Numbered from the stretch's first letter, positions 27,000-36,626 are shown. The stretch is DNA of 64,000 bases from Dehalococcoidia bacterium (GCA_021295915.1 JAGWBK010000013.1:940-64939); one strand, 5' to 3'. Made by a program: numbers and translations. Notes: a model not told the origin generated them from the sequence alone.

Positions 27000-28325
27000 T
27001 TAGCCTCCCTTCACGTCCCCTCCCCTTTCATTGCGTATACGCTCCAACAGAGCCTCGAACTCCGCTGGGTTGGATACTTTAGATACGATCCGGATGAACT
27101 CGCCGATGTCGGTCATGTATGAGCGCAGCTCGCGCATCTGCTCGCCGACCGGACTGATCGACGCCGGGCTGTCGCCGTACCGGCCCCTGAACGCGAAGTA
27201 CGCCTGGTTCAGCTTGCGGATGTAGTAGCCGCGCAGCCGCAGGTCCCACTGTCGCTTGCGCATATACTCCTCGGCCTCTTCGATCTTGCCCTCACCGAGC
27301 AGACGCTCGGCCTCGATCCGGGTCTCGCGCATGAACGTGGTGAACCTGGGATCGATCTGGCTCGCGGTCTCATAGCGACGGGCGTTCACTGAAAGGTCTC
27401 CGCCCATGCGCTCGAACACGATGTCGCCGATCTCGTTTCCGGCAAGCGTGGCGGCGGTCTCGTTGAGCGTCGTCATCTCGGTCGATGCGAAGTAGTTCCT
27501 GCCGAACGGGTGGAAGAACCAGAACGAGTGCAGCCACTCGTGCGCGGCGGTGCGAATAACGGTGCGGGTCGTGTGTGAGTCGGAGACCATGTTGGGGAAC
27601 GTGGCCAGTCCTGCGATGTCGTCGACGTAGGCGGCGTAGTCGAGCTCGTTGACGACTCTGCGCTCGATCTCATCACGGTCGAATGGCTCGATATCGGGAT
27701 CGAGGAACACCGCACCTACCATGTTGATCTCGTTCCTTGGAGAGATCACCAGAAGCGTGGGGAGGTCGCCAAACCTGATGTCTATCGGCGGCCACACGAT
27801 GCTGAAGCGGGAGTCGACATCCAGTTCGGCGATGACCGCGTGGATCTCGGCCTCGACCGCCTCCTCCACCTCCGGTCGAAGCTCCCGTTCTCGGGCCATG
27901 AGCTCCTGGAAGAGCTCGTCCGACACAGGGCCTGCCTTAGCCCCTGAGCCGCCTGCCCTGAAGCTCCTGAGCTGGTTAGCGCCCTCTATCCGTCGCTCCT
28001 CCTTGTTCGCGGCCCTCACCGTCTGTAGGTACTCGTCGACCATTTCGAGCCGCTCGTCTCGAGTAGGTTTGGAGCCTGGGACCAGGTTCGTCAGTGAGTA
28101 GAGCCACTTCTGTGGGAAGTTGACGACCTCCCACTCCACGAGCGAGAAGACGTGCTCGAACGCGATCCGCTCCACCGGTGTTATGCGTAGGCCGCCCGTT
28201 CGGGGAATGAACAGCGTCAGCAGGAGCAGCACGAGGATGATCCCCTGCCACCACCTGAACCTGCGCCTGGGTCTGACTGCCTGTGATTCCATGTCTGTCA
28301 TCTGGTGGATATTGTGACACACCAA
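27000..28325 (-). CDS. membrane-anchored putative zinc metallopeptidase (HExxH)
   Basis: One N-terminal TM (WWQGIILVLLLLTLFI) and TAAHEWLHSFWF (HExxH). There is no intergenic gap to the downstream 920-aa gene. Confidence 0.5.
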   Translation of the reverse strand: MVCHNIHQMTDMESQAVRPRRRFRWWQGIILVLLLLTLFIPRTGGLRITPVERIAFEHVFSLVEWEVVNFPQKWLYSLTNLVPGSKPTRDERLEMVDEYLQTVRAANKEERRIEGANQLRSFRAGGSGAKAGPVSDELFQELMARERELRPEVEEAVEAEIHAVIAELDVDSRFSIVWPPIDIRFGDLPTLLVISPRNEINMVGAVFLDPDIEPFDRDEIERRVVNELDYAAYVDDIAGLATFPNMVSDSHTTRTVIRTAAHEWLHSFWFFHPFGRNYFASTEMTTLNETAATLAGNEIGDIVFERMGGDLSVNARRYETASQIDPRFTTFMRETRIEAERLLGEGKIEEAEEYMRKRQWDLRLRGYYIRKLNQAYFAFRGRYGDSPASISPVGEQMRELRSYMTDIGEFIRIVSKVSNPAEFEALLERIRNERGGDVKGG

Positions 28326-28423
28326 GCTACTCCAATGAGCCGGGACGCCAGGTGCCTCATGTTAAGATACGAATTGCCGACCCTCCGCGGTTGACACCCA
28401 CTTCACTCAGGCGGTGACTCAAA

Positions 28424-29551
28424 TTGCCTCGTACAACCGTAATCATCACAGTCGACGGATATGACCCGGAATACATAGAGGCCTGCGACGCGCCGAACCT
28501 GATGTCGCTGGCACGCCAGGGCTTCTACCGTGTCGGCAAGTCCATGATGCCGTCGGTGACCAACGTGAACAACGTGTCGATAGTGACCGGCGAGTACCCC
28601 TCCGAGCACGGCATAAGCTCCAACTACAGGATGGTGCGCGAGACGGGCGAGGACATCTACATGGAGTCCGGCGAGTACATCCTGTCCGAGACGTTCTTCC
28701 AACGCGCAAAGAAGATGGGAGCGAGAACGATCCTGTCGACCTCGAAAGACAAGTTGCGGACGCTCCTGTCCGACGGCGCGGACGTGGCGATCTCATCTGA
28801 GCAGGCTCCAGCATGGGCGGTCGAAGGGGTGGGAGAGCCGCCTCCGATCTACTCGCTCGACGTCAACGGCTGGACGATACGCGCAGCCAGCCACGCGATG
28901 AAGCTCGAACCTGCCGACATCGTGTACATCTCCACGACCGACTTCGCCATGCACACCTACGCCCCCGACGAGCCGGAGTCGCAGCAGCACATCAGCGTGT
29001 TGGACGATGCCATTGGCGAGCTCGTCGACTCGCATCCCGACATCACACTGATGCTGACTGCGGACCACGGCATGAATCCGAAGAAGCGCATGGTAGACCT
29101 CTCCGACGCGCTTGCCGCAAACGGTATCGGCGCTGAGGTTGTACCGATCATCAAAGACCGCTACGTAGTGCACCACAACAACCTGGGCGGCTGCATGTTC
29201 ATCTACCTCCACTCAGGAAGCGAGTCCCGGGCCGATGAGGCGGCCGCGGCTCTTCGCGAGACCTCCGGCGTGGAGCGCGTATACAGCCGTCAGGAGGCCG
29301 CTGACGAGCTAAGGCTCAACTACGACCGCATAGGAGACCTCGTCGTCACCGGCGATATCGATACGGTCTTCGGCCCGAAGGACCTCGAAGACACCTGGGA
29401 CGACACAGGCGCAGGTCACAGCCTGCGCTCGCATGCATCAGCACACGAACAGGACATCCCGATAATCGGCTACAACGGCGATTTCGACGTGTTCGAGTTC
29501 AACGAGAACCGAGACATCGGCCGGTATATATTCGATCGGGTGCTAAGATGA
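28424..29551 (+). CDS. alkaline-phosphatase-superfamily enzyme (nucleotide pyrophosphatase/phosphodiesterase or phosphonoacetate-hydrolase-like)
   Basis: VIITVDGYDPEYIE...MPSVTNVNNVSIVTGEYPSEHGI...LTADHGM; TTG start. Confidence 0.7.
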   Translation: MPRTTVIITVDGYDPEYIEACDAPNLMSLARQGFYRVGKSMMPSVTNVNNVSIVTGEYPSEHGISSNYRMVRETGEDIYMESGEYILSETFFQRAKKMGARTILSTSKDKLRTLLSDGADVAISSEQAPAWAVEGVGEPPPIYSLDVNGWTIRAASHAMKLEPADIVYISTTDFAMHTYAPDEPESQQHISVLDDAIGELVDSHPDITLMLTADHGMNPKKRMVDLSDALAANGIGAEVVPIIKDRYVVHHNNLGGCMFIYLHSGSESRADEAAAALRETSGVERVYSRQEAADELRLNYDRIGDLVVTGDIDTVFGPKDLEDTWDDTGAGHSLRSHASAHEQDIPIIGYNGDFDVFEFNENRDIGRYIFDRVLR

Positions 29552-29584
29552 TGTAGGCTGGGTTACGGATTCGCAGACTCCAAA

Positions 29585-29983
29585 TTGGAGACTCTCGAAG
29601 TGGGTAGGACCTTCGCGACCACAACGATTATCGGTGCCGCAGAAACCCGTGAGTACGAGTTTTTGGTTGATACAGGTGCGACCCATATAGGGCTTCCGCA
29701 GGAGGAACTCGACGAACTCGATCTCTCGCCAATTCCGAATGGAGTCATCTCGGTTCGAACTGCGAACGGAATCATCGAACAGCAGTCATACTGGGCGCTC
29801 GGAGAGATAGACGGACGTGGTTTCGGTGCCACCGTTACTCAAGCACCGATTCCGCTGATCGGCTATCACCTTCTGCAGACCATGAGGTATCGAGTGAATC
29901 CCGTCACCGAATCACTGGAAAGACTGCCAGAGGATGAATTCGGACCGCCGTACCTGCTTTTGAGTGGATTCCAAGTTGACTGA
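29585..29983 (+). CDS. retropepsin-like (clan AA) aspartic protease
   Basis: FLVDTGATHIGLP carries the D-T-G active-site motif in a small single-domain protein. Confidence 0.7.
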   Translation: METLEVGRTFATTTIIGAAETREYEFLVDTGATHIGLPQEELDELDLSPIPNGVISVRTANGIIEQQSYWALGEIDGRGFGATVTQAPIPLIGYHLLQTMRYRVNPVTESLERLPEDEFGPPYLLLSGFQVD

Positions 29984-30034
29984 TTCGAGCAATCCCGAAT
30001 TCACCGCCGTTCACCATACACTGGAGAAATACGC

Positions 30035-30811
30035 ATGACATCCAACAAGAAAGTCCTTCTGACCGGCTCGGCCGGTCGCATTGCCACGTTCCTGCGGAAC
30101 GGGTTTGGAGACAAGTACGAACTGTCCGGCACTGACCGCATTCCGGTGGAGGTCGATGGGTTCAAATCAGTGACGGCAAACCTGACCGACTTCGACGGCA
30201 TCCTGCCAGCGTTCCAGGGCGTGGACACGGTCGTCCACCTCGCTGCCGAGCCAAGGCACACGCCAGACATCTGGTGGGACCTGTTGTTGCCTGACAACAT
30301 CACGGCGACGGCAAACGTGCTCGAGGCTGCGAGACAGGGCGGCGTCTCGCGCGTGGTGTTCTTCAGCTCGATGCACGTCAACGGCTTCTACGAACTCGAC
30401 GATCCCTGGAAGTCGATCGCCGAGGGCAAATACGACGGACTGAATCCCGACGACGTCCCTCTCGTGACCCACGAGATGCCGGCGCGTCCCGACGGGCCCT
30501 ACGCCGCGAGCAAGATTTTCGGAGAATCGCTCGGCAAGTACTACTCCGAAGAGTACGGCATGACCGTAATCTGTATCAGGCTCGGCACCATGAGCGTCGA
30601 GGACAGGCCAGGCGAAGACGCCCGGTCGTTCGTAAGCTGGCTGAGCAGCCGAGACTTGGTCACCATGGTCGACCGGTGCATCGAGATCGAGGGCGTCGAC
30701 TACGACATCTACTTCGGAGCGTCCGGCAACACCTGGAAGATCTACGACACCCTGCGCGGGTGGGATGTCCTAGGGTACACCCCGCAGGACAACGCAGAGG
30801 ACTACAGGTAG
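30035..30811 (+). CDS. NAD-dependent epimerase/dehydratase family (uronate-dehydrogenase-like SDR)
   Basis: KVLLTGSAGRIA Rossmann motif and YAASKIFGE (YxxxK). Confidence 0.75.
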   Translation: MTSNKKVLLTGSAGRIATFLRNGFGDKYELSGTDRIPVEVDGFKSVTANLTDFDGILPAFQGVDTVVHLAAEPRHTPDIWWDLLLPDNITATANVLEAARQGGVSRVVFFSSMHVNGFYELDDPWKSIAEGKYDGLNPDDVPLVTHEMPARPDGPYAASKIFGESLGKYYSEEYGMTVICIRLGTMSVEDRPGEDARSFVSWLSSRDLVTMVDRCIEIEGVDYDIYFGASGNTWKIYDTLRGWDVLGYTPQDNAEDYR

Positions 30812-30853
30812 GAGAGCAAGCAGAAGAGTCCCCAACATGGGAGAATGTAGATC

Positions 30854-31405
30854 ATGGTTACCACGACCACCCATGTAACAGCCGAAGAACTCCTGAACAT
30901 GCCTGACGATGGCTTTAGGTACGAACTCGTGAGAGGAGAACTGCGAAGGATGGCTCCTGCGGGATATGGTCACGGAGTTTTCGCAATGTCGATAGGCATT
31001 TCCCTCGGGACTTTTGTGAAAGCCAACAACCTGGGGGAGGTATGTGCAGCCGAGACTGGCTTTAGACTAGGAACCGATCCCGACCATATTCGCGCCCCTG
31101 ACACAGCATTCGTTCGACGAGAGAGAGTGGAACAGATCGTCGACAGAAGTGTTTTCTTTCTCGGAGCGCCAGACATCGCAGTCGAGGTAATCTCGCCGAG
31201 TGATCTCTATACCGAAGTTGACGAAAAAGTCGCAGACTGGCTCGATGCTGGGACGCTCGCAGTCGTTCTAGTTGACCCTCGCAGGAGGGTCGTCAAGGTA
31301 CACCGTTCGATGACGGACATCGTGGTCCTGGCCGAAGGGGACACGCTCGATGTCGAAGACATCGTCCCCGGGTGGCAGATGCCGGTAGGAGAGATATTCG
31401 CGTAG
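30854..31405 (+). CDS. Uma2-family (DUF820) endonuclease
   Basis: FRYELVRGEL...APDTAFV...APDIAVEVISPSD is a PD-(D/E)xK Uma2 pattern. Confidence 0.85.
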   Translation: MVTTTTHVTAEELLNMPDDGFRYELVRGELRRMAPAGYGHGVFAMSIGISLGTFVKANNLGEVCAAETGFRLGTDPDHIRAPDTAFVRRERVEQIVDRSVFFLGAPDIAVEVISPSDLYTEVDEKVADWLDAGTLAVVLVDPRRRVVKVHRSMTDIVVLAEGDTLDVEDIVPGWQMPVGEIFA

Positions 31406-31419
31406 GTTGTGACCTGAAG

Positions 31420-32400
31420 TCACCGCTGACGTCGCCGCCTTCGGCGGGCCCACCAGAAGCGCAGACGGAGTGCGGGGTCGCGACGCCACGTCATGTTGCG
31501 TGACACGGTATCGGCCACCGGCGGCGCACCGAGGATCAGCGGCCTTGCCCACCGCCTGAGGTCTCTGAGGGTGGCGTTCCCCTGTCTCCACTCATCAACC
31601 AGCGCGTTCGACTTGCGCCACGCTATCGACGGGAACAGCCCCATCGGGCCTGAGTTGCGCTGGCCCACCATCAACGCGGCGCCCGCCTCCATCGCTACGG
31701 CGACCCCACCGACGATGTCCCACAGGTGAGGGTTCGACGTGTACATGTACTGCGTAACGCCTCGCGACACCAGGATGAGCTCAAAGGCGATCGACCCGGT
31801 CACTCGCAGGTCGCCAGAGGTGCCCCGCATCGGTTTGCCGAACCTGTAGATTCGGTCGAACGCGCCGGGGACAGTCATAAGCTGGTCCGCGCCGGGCTTG
31901 TCGAGGGCGAGCACGTTGATCGGGTCGCCGTCGGTGTAGGCTCCGCCACCCCTTCGGGCATGGTGAACGACTCCTTCAGCACTTCCCGCCCAGGGCGTGA
32001 AGACCGCTCCCACCACCGGCTCACCACGGTACATGACTCCCACCGACGAGGCAAAAAACGGCAGTCCATGCAGAAAATTCTTGGTGCCGTCTAAGGGGTC
32101 GAGCACCCACATGTAGTCGGGCACGGCCTCATTCTCGGCTGCCTTTTTCTCGTCATCCTCCTCGCCAAGAATGCCGTGGTCAGGGAAGCTATCCCTGATG
32201 CCTTTCTCCAGGAACTCCTGCGACTCGGTGTCGGCGTTGGTGACTGGATCGCGTCCGCGATCGTCCTTGAACTCCACGCTCAGATTGCCGCCAAAGTGGC
32301 GCGACAGGATCTCACCCGCCCCGCGCGCAAGCTCGACGGCGCGGTCCTCGATACTCTTCAGAAGCTGGTCATCTGGCGGCTGAGTCATCTGGTGCACCAC
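31420..32400 (-). CDS. inositol monophosphatase family protein with Arg-rich C-terminal tail
   Basis: WVLDPLDGTKNFLHG motif; tail RLRFWWARRRRRRQR. Confidence 0.8.
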   Translation of the reverse strand: MVHQMTQPPDDQLLKSIEDRAVELARGAGEILSRHFGGNLSVEFKDDRGRDPVTNADTESQEFLEKGIRDSFPDHGILGEEDDEKKAAENEAVPDYMWVLDPLDGTKNFLHGLPFFASSVGVMYRGEPVVGAVFTPWAGSAEGVVHHARRGGGAYTDGDPINVLALDKPGADQLMTVPGAFDRIYRFGKPMRGTSGDLRVTGSIAFELILVSRGVTQYMYTSNPHLWDIVGGVAVAMEAGAALMVGQRNSGPMGLFPSIAWRKSNALVDEWRQGNATLRDLRRWARPLILGAPPVADTVSRNMTWRRDPALRLRFWWARRRRRRQR

Positions 32401-33866
32401 GCCTGGTAGGCTACGTCCAGCCTGGCACAGAAGGCCTCCAGGCTGGGGCGGTCAGGGTAAAGTTCTCTCGCTCGGGTGACGATCATCCAGGAGCAGCCCT
32501 CCTTTTCCTGCGGCGAGGTCGCCAGACTGCACATCTCGATTGCTTCATCGGCGCGGCCGATCTCCCAGAAGCGTGCCTGGACTGACCCCTGGATGCACCA
32601 TACACGATGGGTGGGATCGTCGACGGTGTCGTGACACTGTTTTAGCCCCTTGGCAGGGTTTCCCAGAGAGGAAGCGGCGAGGTCACGCCCGAAGCTCTCA
32701 AAGCACTCGTACCTCCCGTATTCCGGGGCGTTCGCGCACTCGTCAGCAACCTGATCGTATTCATACTCGAACATCAGGAGCATCCTCGTCGAGTGGAAGA
32801 GATAACACGACGGGACGTACCGGTCGGTCAGGGCATTGCAGGGATAGTGCGGGTCCTCGTCGGAGAGGTAGTCGGTGAAGTGCCCCATCGTGCCGGAAAG
32901 TCCGCCGACCACGTTCTCCATGAACACGCCTGAGTAGCAGGCGCGCTGGTCACGGTCGATCTCCAGCCTGTCGCACAGGTCGAGCGAGTCATATAGCTCA
33001 TAGCTCGTCCAGGCCATGAGGCCGTGGCCGACGCCGTGTATGCACTGGAGCCTGAAGAAGAACACGTCGGAACCGCCGCAGATCACCTGGACGTCCGACT
33101 CCAGGTTGACAGTGCCGCGATCCTTGAACATGGCCTCCGTCGCGCCGTGGTAGGCGCCGGCCTCGCACTCATGGCTGGACAGCGCGAAAGCCGCGGCGCC
33201 GAAAAGCTCATACGCAGTTCGCCCCGTCACGTGGGCGCGCTCATGACAGAGCTGGCCCACCACGTCGCCTGCCTCGGCGACCAGCTTCACGGTGTTTGCG
33301 GGGCCGTAGTCCTGGATGTACTGGCGCAGCAGCACGTCGTTCGTGAACAGGTCCGTAAGCGCCTTCGGAGTCAGGTCGGGCGGACTCTTGAAATTCAGGT
33401 CTCCGATGTCCAGAGAAAGTGGCTCCACGAACTCAACTGCATCACCGCCCGTGGCGACGATCAGCCCGCTGTACTCGGGCACCATGTGATTGTGGTATCG
33501 CCAGAATCCGGGCTTTTCGAATGTGAACGCCCAGACACCGTCCTCACCGACCGGAGTGCCTGAATCGAATTCGGGGAAGATCTGGTGCGTGGGGTGGATG
33601 CTCGACGCGGGCCACAGACTTGACCCGGACGCGTTTACGAACTGCACCTGCTGGCCAACCTCTACCTCAAGCCTTTTGGGAACGAAACCCTCGTCAGTAA
33701 ACTCCACGACCCACGAATTGGGAAGTGGCGCCTCCGAGGGAGTCCCCGGGTTCGGCTTGAAGGGCGTCGCCACGGCGACCGGGGCGTCAGGCTCTTCAGT
33801 TGAGCAGGCAAGCCCCATCATCGCCAGGGCCATGACCACGACAAGCAGAGTGCGGGTGCCGAGCAT
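32385..33866 (-). CDS. lipoprotein with N-terminal cupredoxin-like domain and Cys-rich helical-repeat C-domain
   Basis: Lipobox LACS; EVGQQVQFVNASGSSLWPASSIHP is cupredoxin-like. Recurrent C-x2-G-x2-H/x-G units follow (ECEAGAYHG, QCIHGVGHG, ACYSGVF...). Confidence 0.45.
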   Translation of the reverse strand: MLGTRTLLVVVMALAMMGLACSTEEPDAPVAVATPFKPNPGTPSEAPLPNSWVVEFTDEGFVPKRLEVEVGQQVQFVNASGSSLWPASSIHPTHQIFPEFDSGTPVGEDGVWAFTFEKPGFWRYHNHMVPEYSGLIVATGGDAVEFVEPLSLDIGDLNFKSPPDLTPKALTDLFTNDVLLRQYIQDYGPANTVKLVAEAGDVVGQLCHERAHVTGRTAYELFGAAAFALSSHECEAGAYHGATEAMFKDRGTVNLESDVQVICGGSDVFFFRLQCIHGVGHGLMAWTSYELYDSLDLCDRLEIDRDQRACYSGVFMENVVGGLSGTMGHFTDYLSDEDPHYPCNALTDRYVPSCYLFHSTRMLLMFEYEYDQVADECANAPEYGRYECFESFGRDLAASSLGNPAKGLKQCHDTVDDPTHRVWCIQGSVQARFWEIGRADEAIEMCSLATSPQEKEGCSWMIVTRARELYPDRPSLEAFCARLDVAYQAWCTR

Positions 33867-33875
33867 CGCGCCAAT

Positions 33876-34967
33876 CTACAACGTGCGCAGAGCGGGAAGC
33901 TGCAGCTCAGCGCAGATGTCGCTGAACCACTCGATGACCTCGTTATGCAGCGGAATGCCGTTGGCGCGGCGCTCCTGCTCCTCCTCGTACTCGGAAAGTC
34001 CTGGGTACATGACGCGATCATGGCCCGGAGCAGGCGGTGTCTCCCGGAGCGTCCTGAGCATGTCGTCCATGTTGTCCTTGAACTCGTCGAGGTCGCAGAA
34101 GGACTCGATGTTGTACGCCGCGAAGTAGTGGTGACTTCCGCCGCCCTCCTGACTGAGCATGGTCGGCTTGTCGCCGGACAGCAGCGACGTGAGAACCTCG
34201 GACATCAGGCTGAAGCCGTAGCCCTTGTGAGAACCCTGTTCGCGGGTGCCACCAAGAGGCAGCTGGTAGTACTGGCCCCTCTCAGGGAGCGGTACTTCGT
34301 CGAGAATTGGATCGCCGTCGAGACCGGATATCCAGCCTCCCAGCATGTTCGCCCCGACGCGATTGGCGAGTTGCAGCTTGTTGCCGGCGATGGCAGAGGT
34401 CGCTGCGTCGAACAGCAGGAACGGCTCCGACCTCGCCGGCGCGGCGATGGCGATCGGGTTGGTGCCCATTCGAGGCTCCGCTCCGAACGTAGGGAGCACC
34501 AGCAGACCGCCGGCCGTGGCCGTCATTCCGACCATGTCGGCCTGGGCCGCGAGCATCGCGTGGTGCCCGATGGCGCCCGAGTGCCCGGCGTTGTACATGG
34601 TGACAACGCCGACACCAACGTTGCGGGCCTTCTCGATAGCAATGTTCATCGCCTTTGGCCCCAGTATCACGGCGAGGCCGCGGTCGGCGTCCACGGTCGC
34701 GGACGACGGCGACTCGCGCACGATCCGCCAGTCTGGCCGGGAGTTCAGCGTCCCCTGGGAGTAACCCTGAACGTAAGAGCGCAGCATGTTCGACACGCCG
34801 TGCGTCTCGACGCCCCGTAAGTCGGTCGCCACGAGCACGTCTGCTCCGACCTCCGCGTCGTCACTCGTTACGCCCATCTTCTCGAAGATCGACGTAACCG
34901 TCTCGTGCAGCGCATCGTGCGGAACGCGCGTCTCATCCTCGTGCGGGACCTTGAATCGCTCTAGCAT
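33876..34967 (-). CDS. Ldh_2-family (malate/L-lactate/sulfolactate dehydrogenase type 2) oxidoreductase
   Basis: TDLRGVETHGVSNMLRSYV...NAGHSGAIGHHA matches the Ldh_2 pattern. Confidence 0.8.
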   Translation of the reverse strand: MLERFKVPHEDETRVPHDALHETVTSIFEKMGVTSDDAEVGADVLVATDLRGVETHGVSNMLRSYVQGYSQGTLNSRPDWRIVRESPSSATVDADRGLAVILGPKAMNIAIEKARNVGVGVVTMYNAGHSGAIGHHAMLAAQADMVGMTATAGGLLVLPTFGAEPRMGTNPIAIAAPARSEPFLLFDAATSAIAGNKLQLANRVGANMLGGWISGLDGDPILDEVPLPERGQYYQLPLGGTREQGSHKGYGFSLMSEVLTSLLSGDKPTMLSQEGGGSHHYFAAYNIESFCDLDEFKDNMDDMLRTLRETPPAPGHDRVMYPGLSEYEEEQERRANGIPLHNEVIEWFSDICAELQLPALRTL

Positions 34968-35075
34968 GGGGGTTACTCCTTGTCAGCGTGTTTAGGGCGA
35001 ATTGGATTTTAGCACTAACTCCGGTCAATAAGTCTCACCCACTTAGAAGCTGTGTCAATTGGGGGGTGCCTTCTA

Positions 35076-35172
35076 AAGTCCCCTCTCCCTCAGGGAGATG
35101 GTGAGAGCCTGCCCCGGACTTGATCCGGGGGTGAGGTTGAAAACACTGTCTACCAAACTGACACAGGCTCAA
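35076..35172. repeat. Rep-A long form with nested Rep-G hairpin
   Basis: AAGTCCCCTCTCCCTCAGGGAGAtGG...GTGAGGTTGAAAACACTGTCTACCAAACTGACACAGGCTC is near-identical to 42627-42698, apart from an inserted AGCCTGCCCCGGACTTGATCCGGGGG (35106-35131). Confidence 0.85.
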
Positions 35173-35265
35173 CCCCTGCACAACTCAGGTGCCCAACTGG
35201 TGACATGATGACGTTTCCGTGTGTATCCTCGCACGTGAGAGTTAGCTTGCTATGGAGGCAACCCG

Positions 35266-36345
35266 ATGACACTTTCTGCAATGCGGACAGGTCACCCGTA
35301 CCACATGCACGACGCGATTATGGCACAGCCGGAATCGATCGCTCGCGTTCTCGCAGACGAGGGCGAAAACGTCAGTGCGGTGGCGGAGTTGGTCCGCAAT
35401 TCTTCGAGGGTGCACGTCGTCGGAATCGGCACATCCTGGCACGCCGCCCTCATCGGAGAGCACCTCCTGAGAACAGTGGGAAATCGGGAGGACGCGCGTG
35501 CATGGAACTCATTCGAGTTCTACAACCGTCCGCCCTCTCTTAGCGACGATGACGCAGTAATAGTCCTCAGTCACCGAGGTACGAAGACCTACTCTTTGCG
35601 TTCACTGGAATACGCGCACGAGGCTGGAGCGAAGACAGCGCTTTTGACAGGCATAGGTTCGGATGCCCGCCGCGAACTCGCAAACGCTGTCGTGGAGACC
35701 TCCTTCCACGACCCGTCGTCGGCATTCACAGTCTCTCACACAGCTGCAATTACCGCGCTGACAATGCTCGCAATCGAGCTATCCTCACAGCACACAGCCG
35801 AGACACTCGCCGGCCTGCCGGATCTTGTACGGGAGGCTATTTCCTCGGAGAGCGTAGTAAGAGAGTGGGCTGCCAAATCCGTCGACGTGCAGCGGTTCTA
35901 CTTCGTCGGAACAGGCGCGAACGCATCCACGGCCTACGAGGCCGCCCTCAAGATGAAGGAGGCCAACTACACGACGACAGAGGGACTGCATCTCGAGCAG
36001 TACCTCCACGGTCCATTCGTGTCTACCGATGAAGGCTGCCTGGTTACATTCATCGCCCCACCCGAAGATGGCCCGGAGGACAGGACGGTCGACATCATGG
36101 GAGCCGCCTCCGAGGTTGGCGCTCGCACCGCAGGCATCCTCCAGGCGGGAGATGGCGTCCGTGCCGAACTCGTAGATACGGTCATCAGCGTGCCCGAGTG
36201 CGACGAGATCTTCTCGCCGATCGTGTACCTGGTCCCGCTCCAACTCCTGACATACTGGCTGGCCCTGGAACTCGGCCACAACCCCGACACGTTCAGGCTC
36301 GACGACCCCAAGCATCTCGCCGCCCGCGAGCACTACACACTCTAA
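35266..36345 (+). CDS. double-SIS-domain sugar-phosphate isomerase/aminotransferase-like protein (GlmS C-half/FrlB-like)
   Basis: Two SIS units (VHVVGIGTSWHAA...; FYFVGTGANASTAYEAALKMKE). Confidence 0.75.
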   Translation: MTLSAMRTGHPYHMHDAIMAQPESIARVLADEGENVSAVAELVRNSSRVHVVGIGTSWHAALIGEHLLRTVGNREDARAWNSFEFYNRPPSLSDDDAVIVLSHRGTKTYSLRSLEYAHEAGAKTALLTGIGSDARRELANAVVETSFHDPSSAFTVSHTAAITALTMLAIELSSQHTAETLAGLPDLVREAISSESVVREWAAKSVDVQRFYFVGTGANASTAYEAALKMKEANYTTTEGLHLEQYLHGPFVSTDEGCLVTFIAPPEDGPEDRTVDIMGAASEVGARTAGILQAGDGVRAELVDTVISVPECDEIFSPIVYLVPLQLLTYWLALELGHNPDTFRLDDPKHLAAREHYTL

Positions 36346-36477
36346 GCCTGCCTTGACACTCTGACTGAGCTCTGCACGGGCCGGATTCGTCGTCAATTCA
36401 CAAGACCGCACCTTGCAACCGCAGGAGCGGTCTGCTTAGAATTTCCCCGGTGGCCTTGATAGGCGTGAGGCTGCCCT

Positions 36478-36626
36478 AACCCTTTAAGTCGGTCCAGTGA
36501 GGCTGGCAAGGAACGTCACCCCGTACCACGATACGGGGGACGAAGCGGAGCAACGGTCGCCGCCACGCGCGGCCACATCCGACACGGCCGCGAACCTCTT
36601 GCCAGCAACGGCAAGAGGTTTTTTTG
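36478..36626 (+). promoter_or_regulatory. PyrR-binding transcription attenuator (leader of the pyr operon)
   Basis: GGTCCAGTGAGGCTGG (36491-36506) resembles the PyrR binding-loop core UCCAGAGAGGCU. An intrinsic terminator follows: AACCTCTTGCC-agcaac-GGCAAGAGGTT plus a T-run (36593-36625). Confidence 0.65.
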
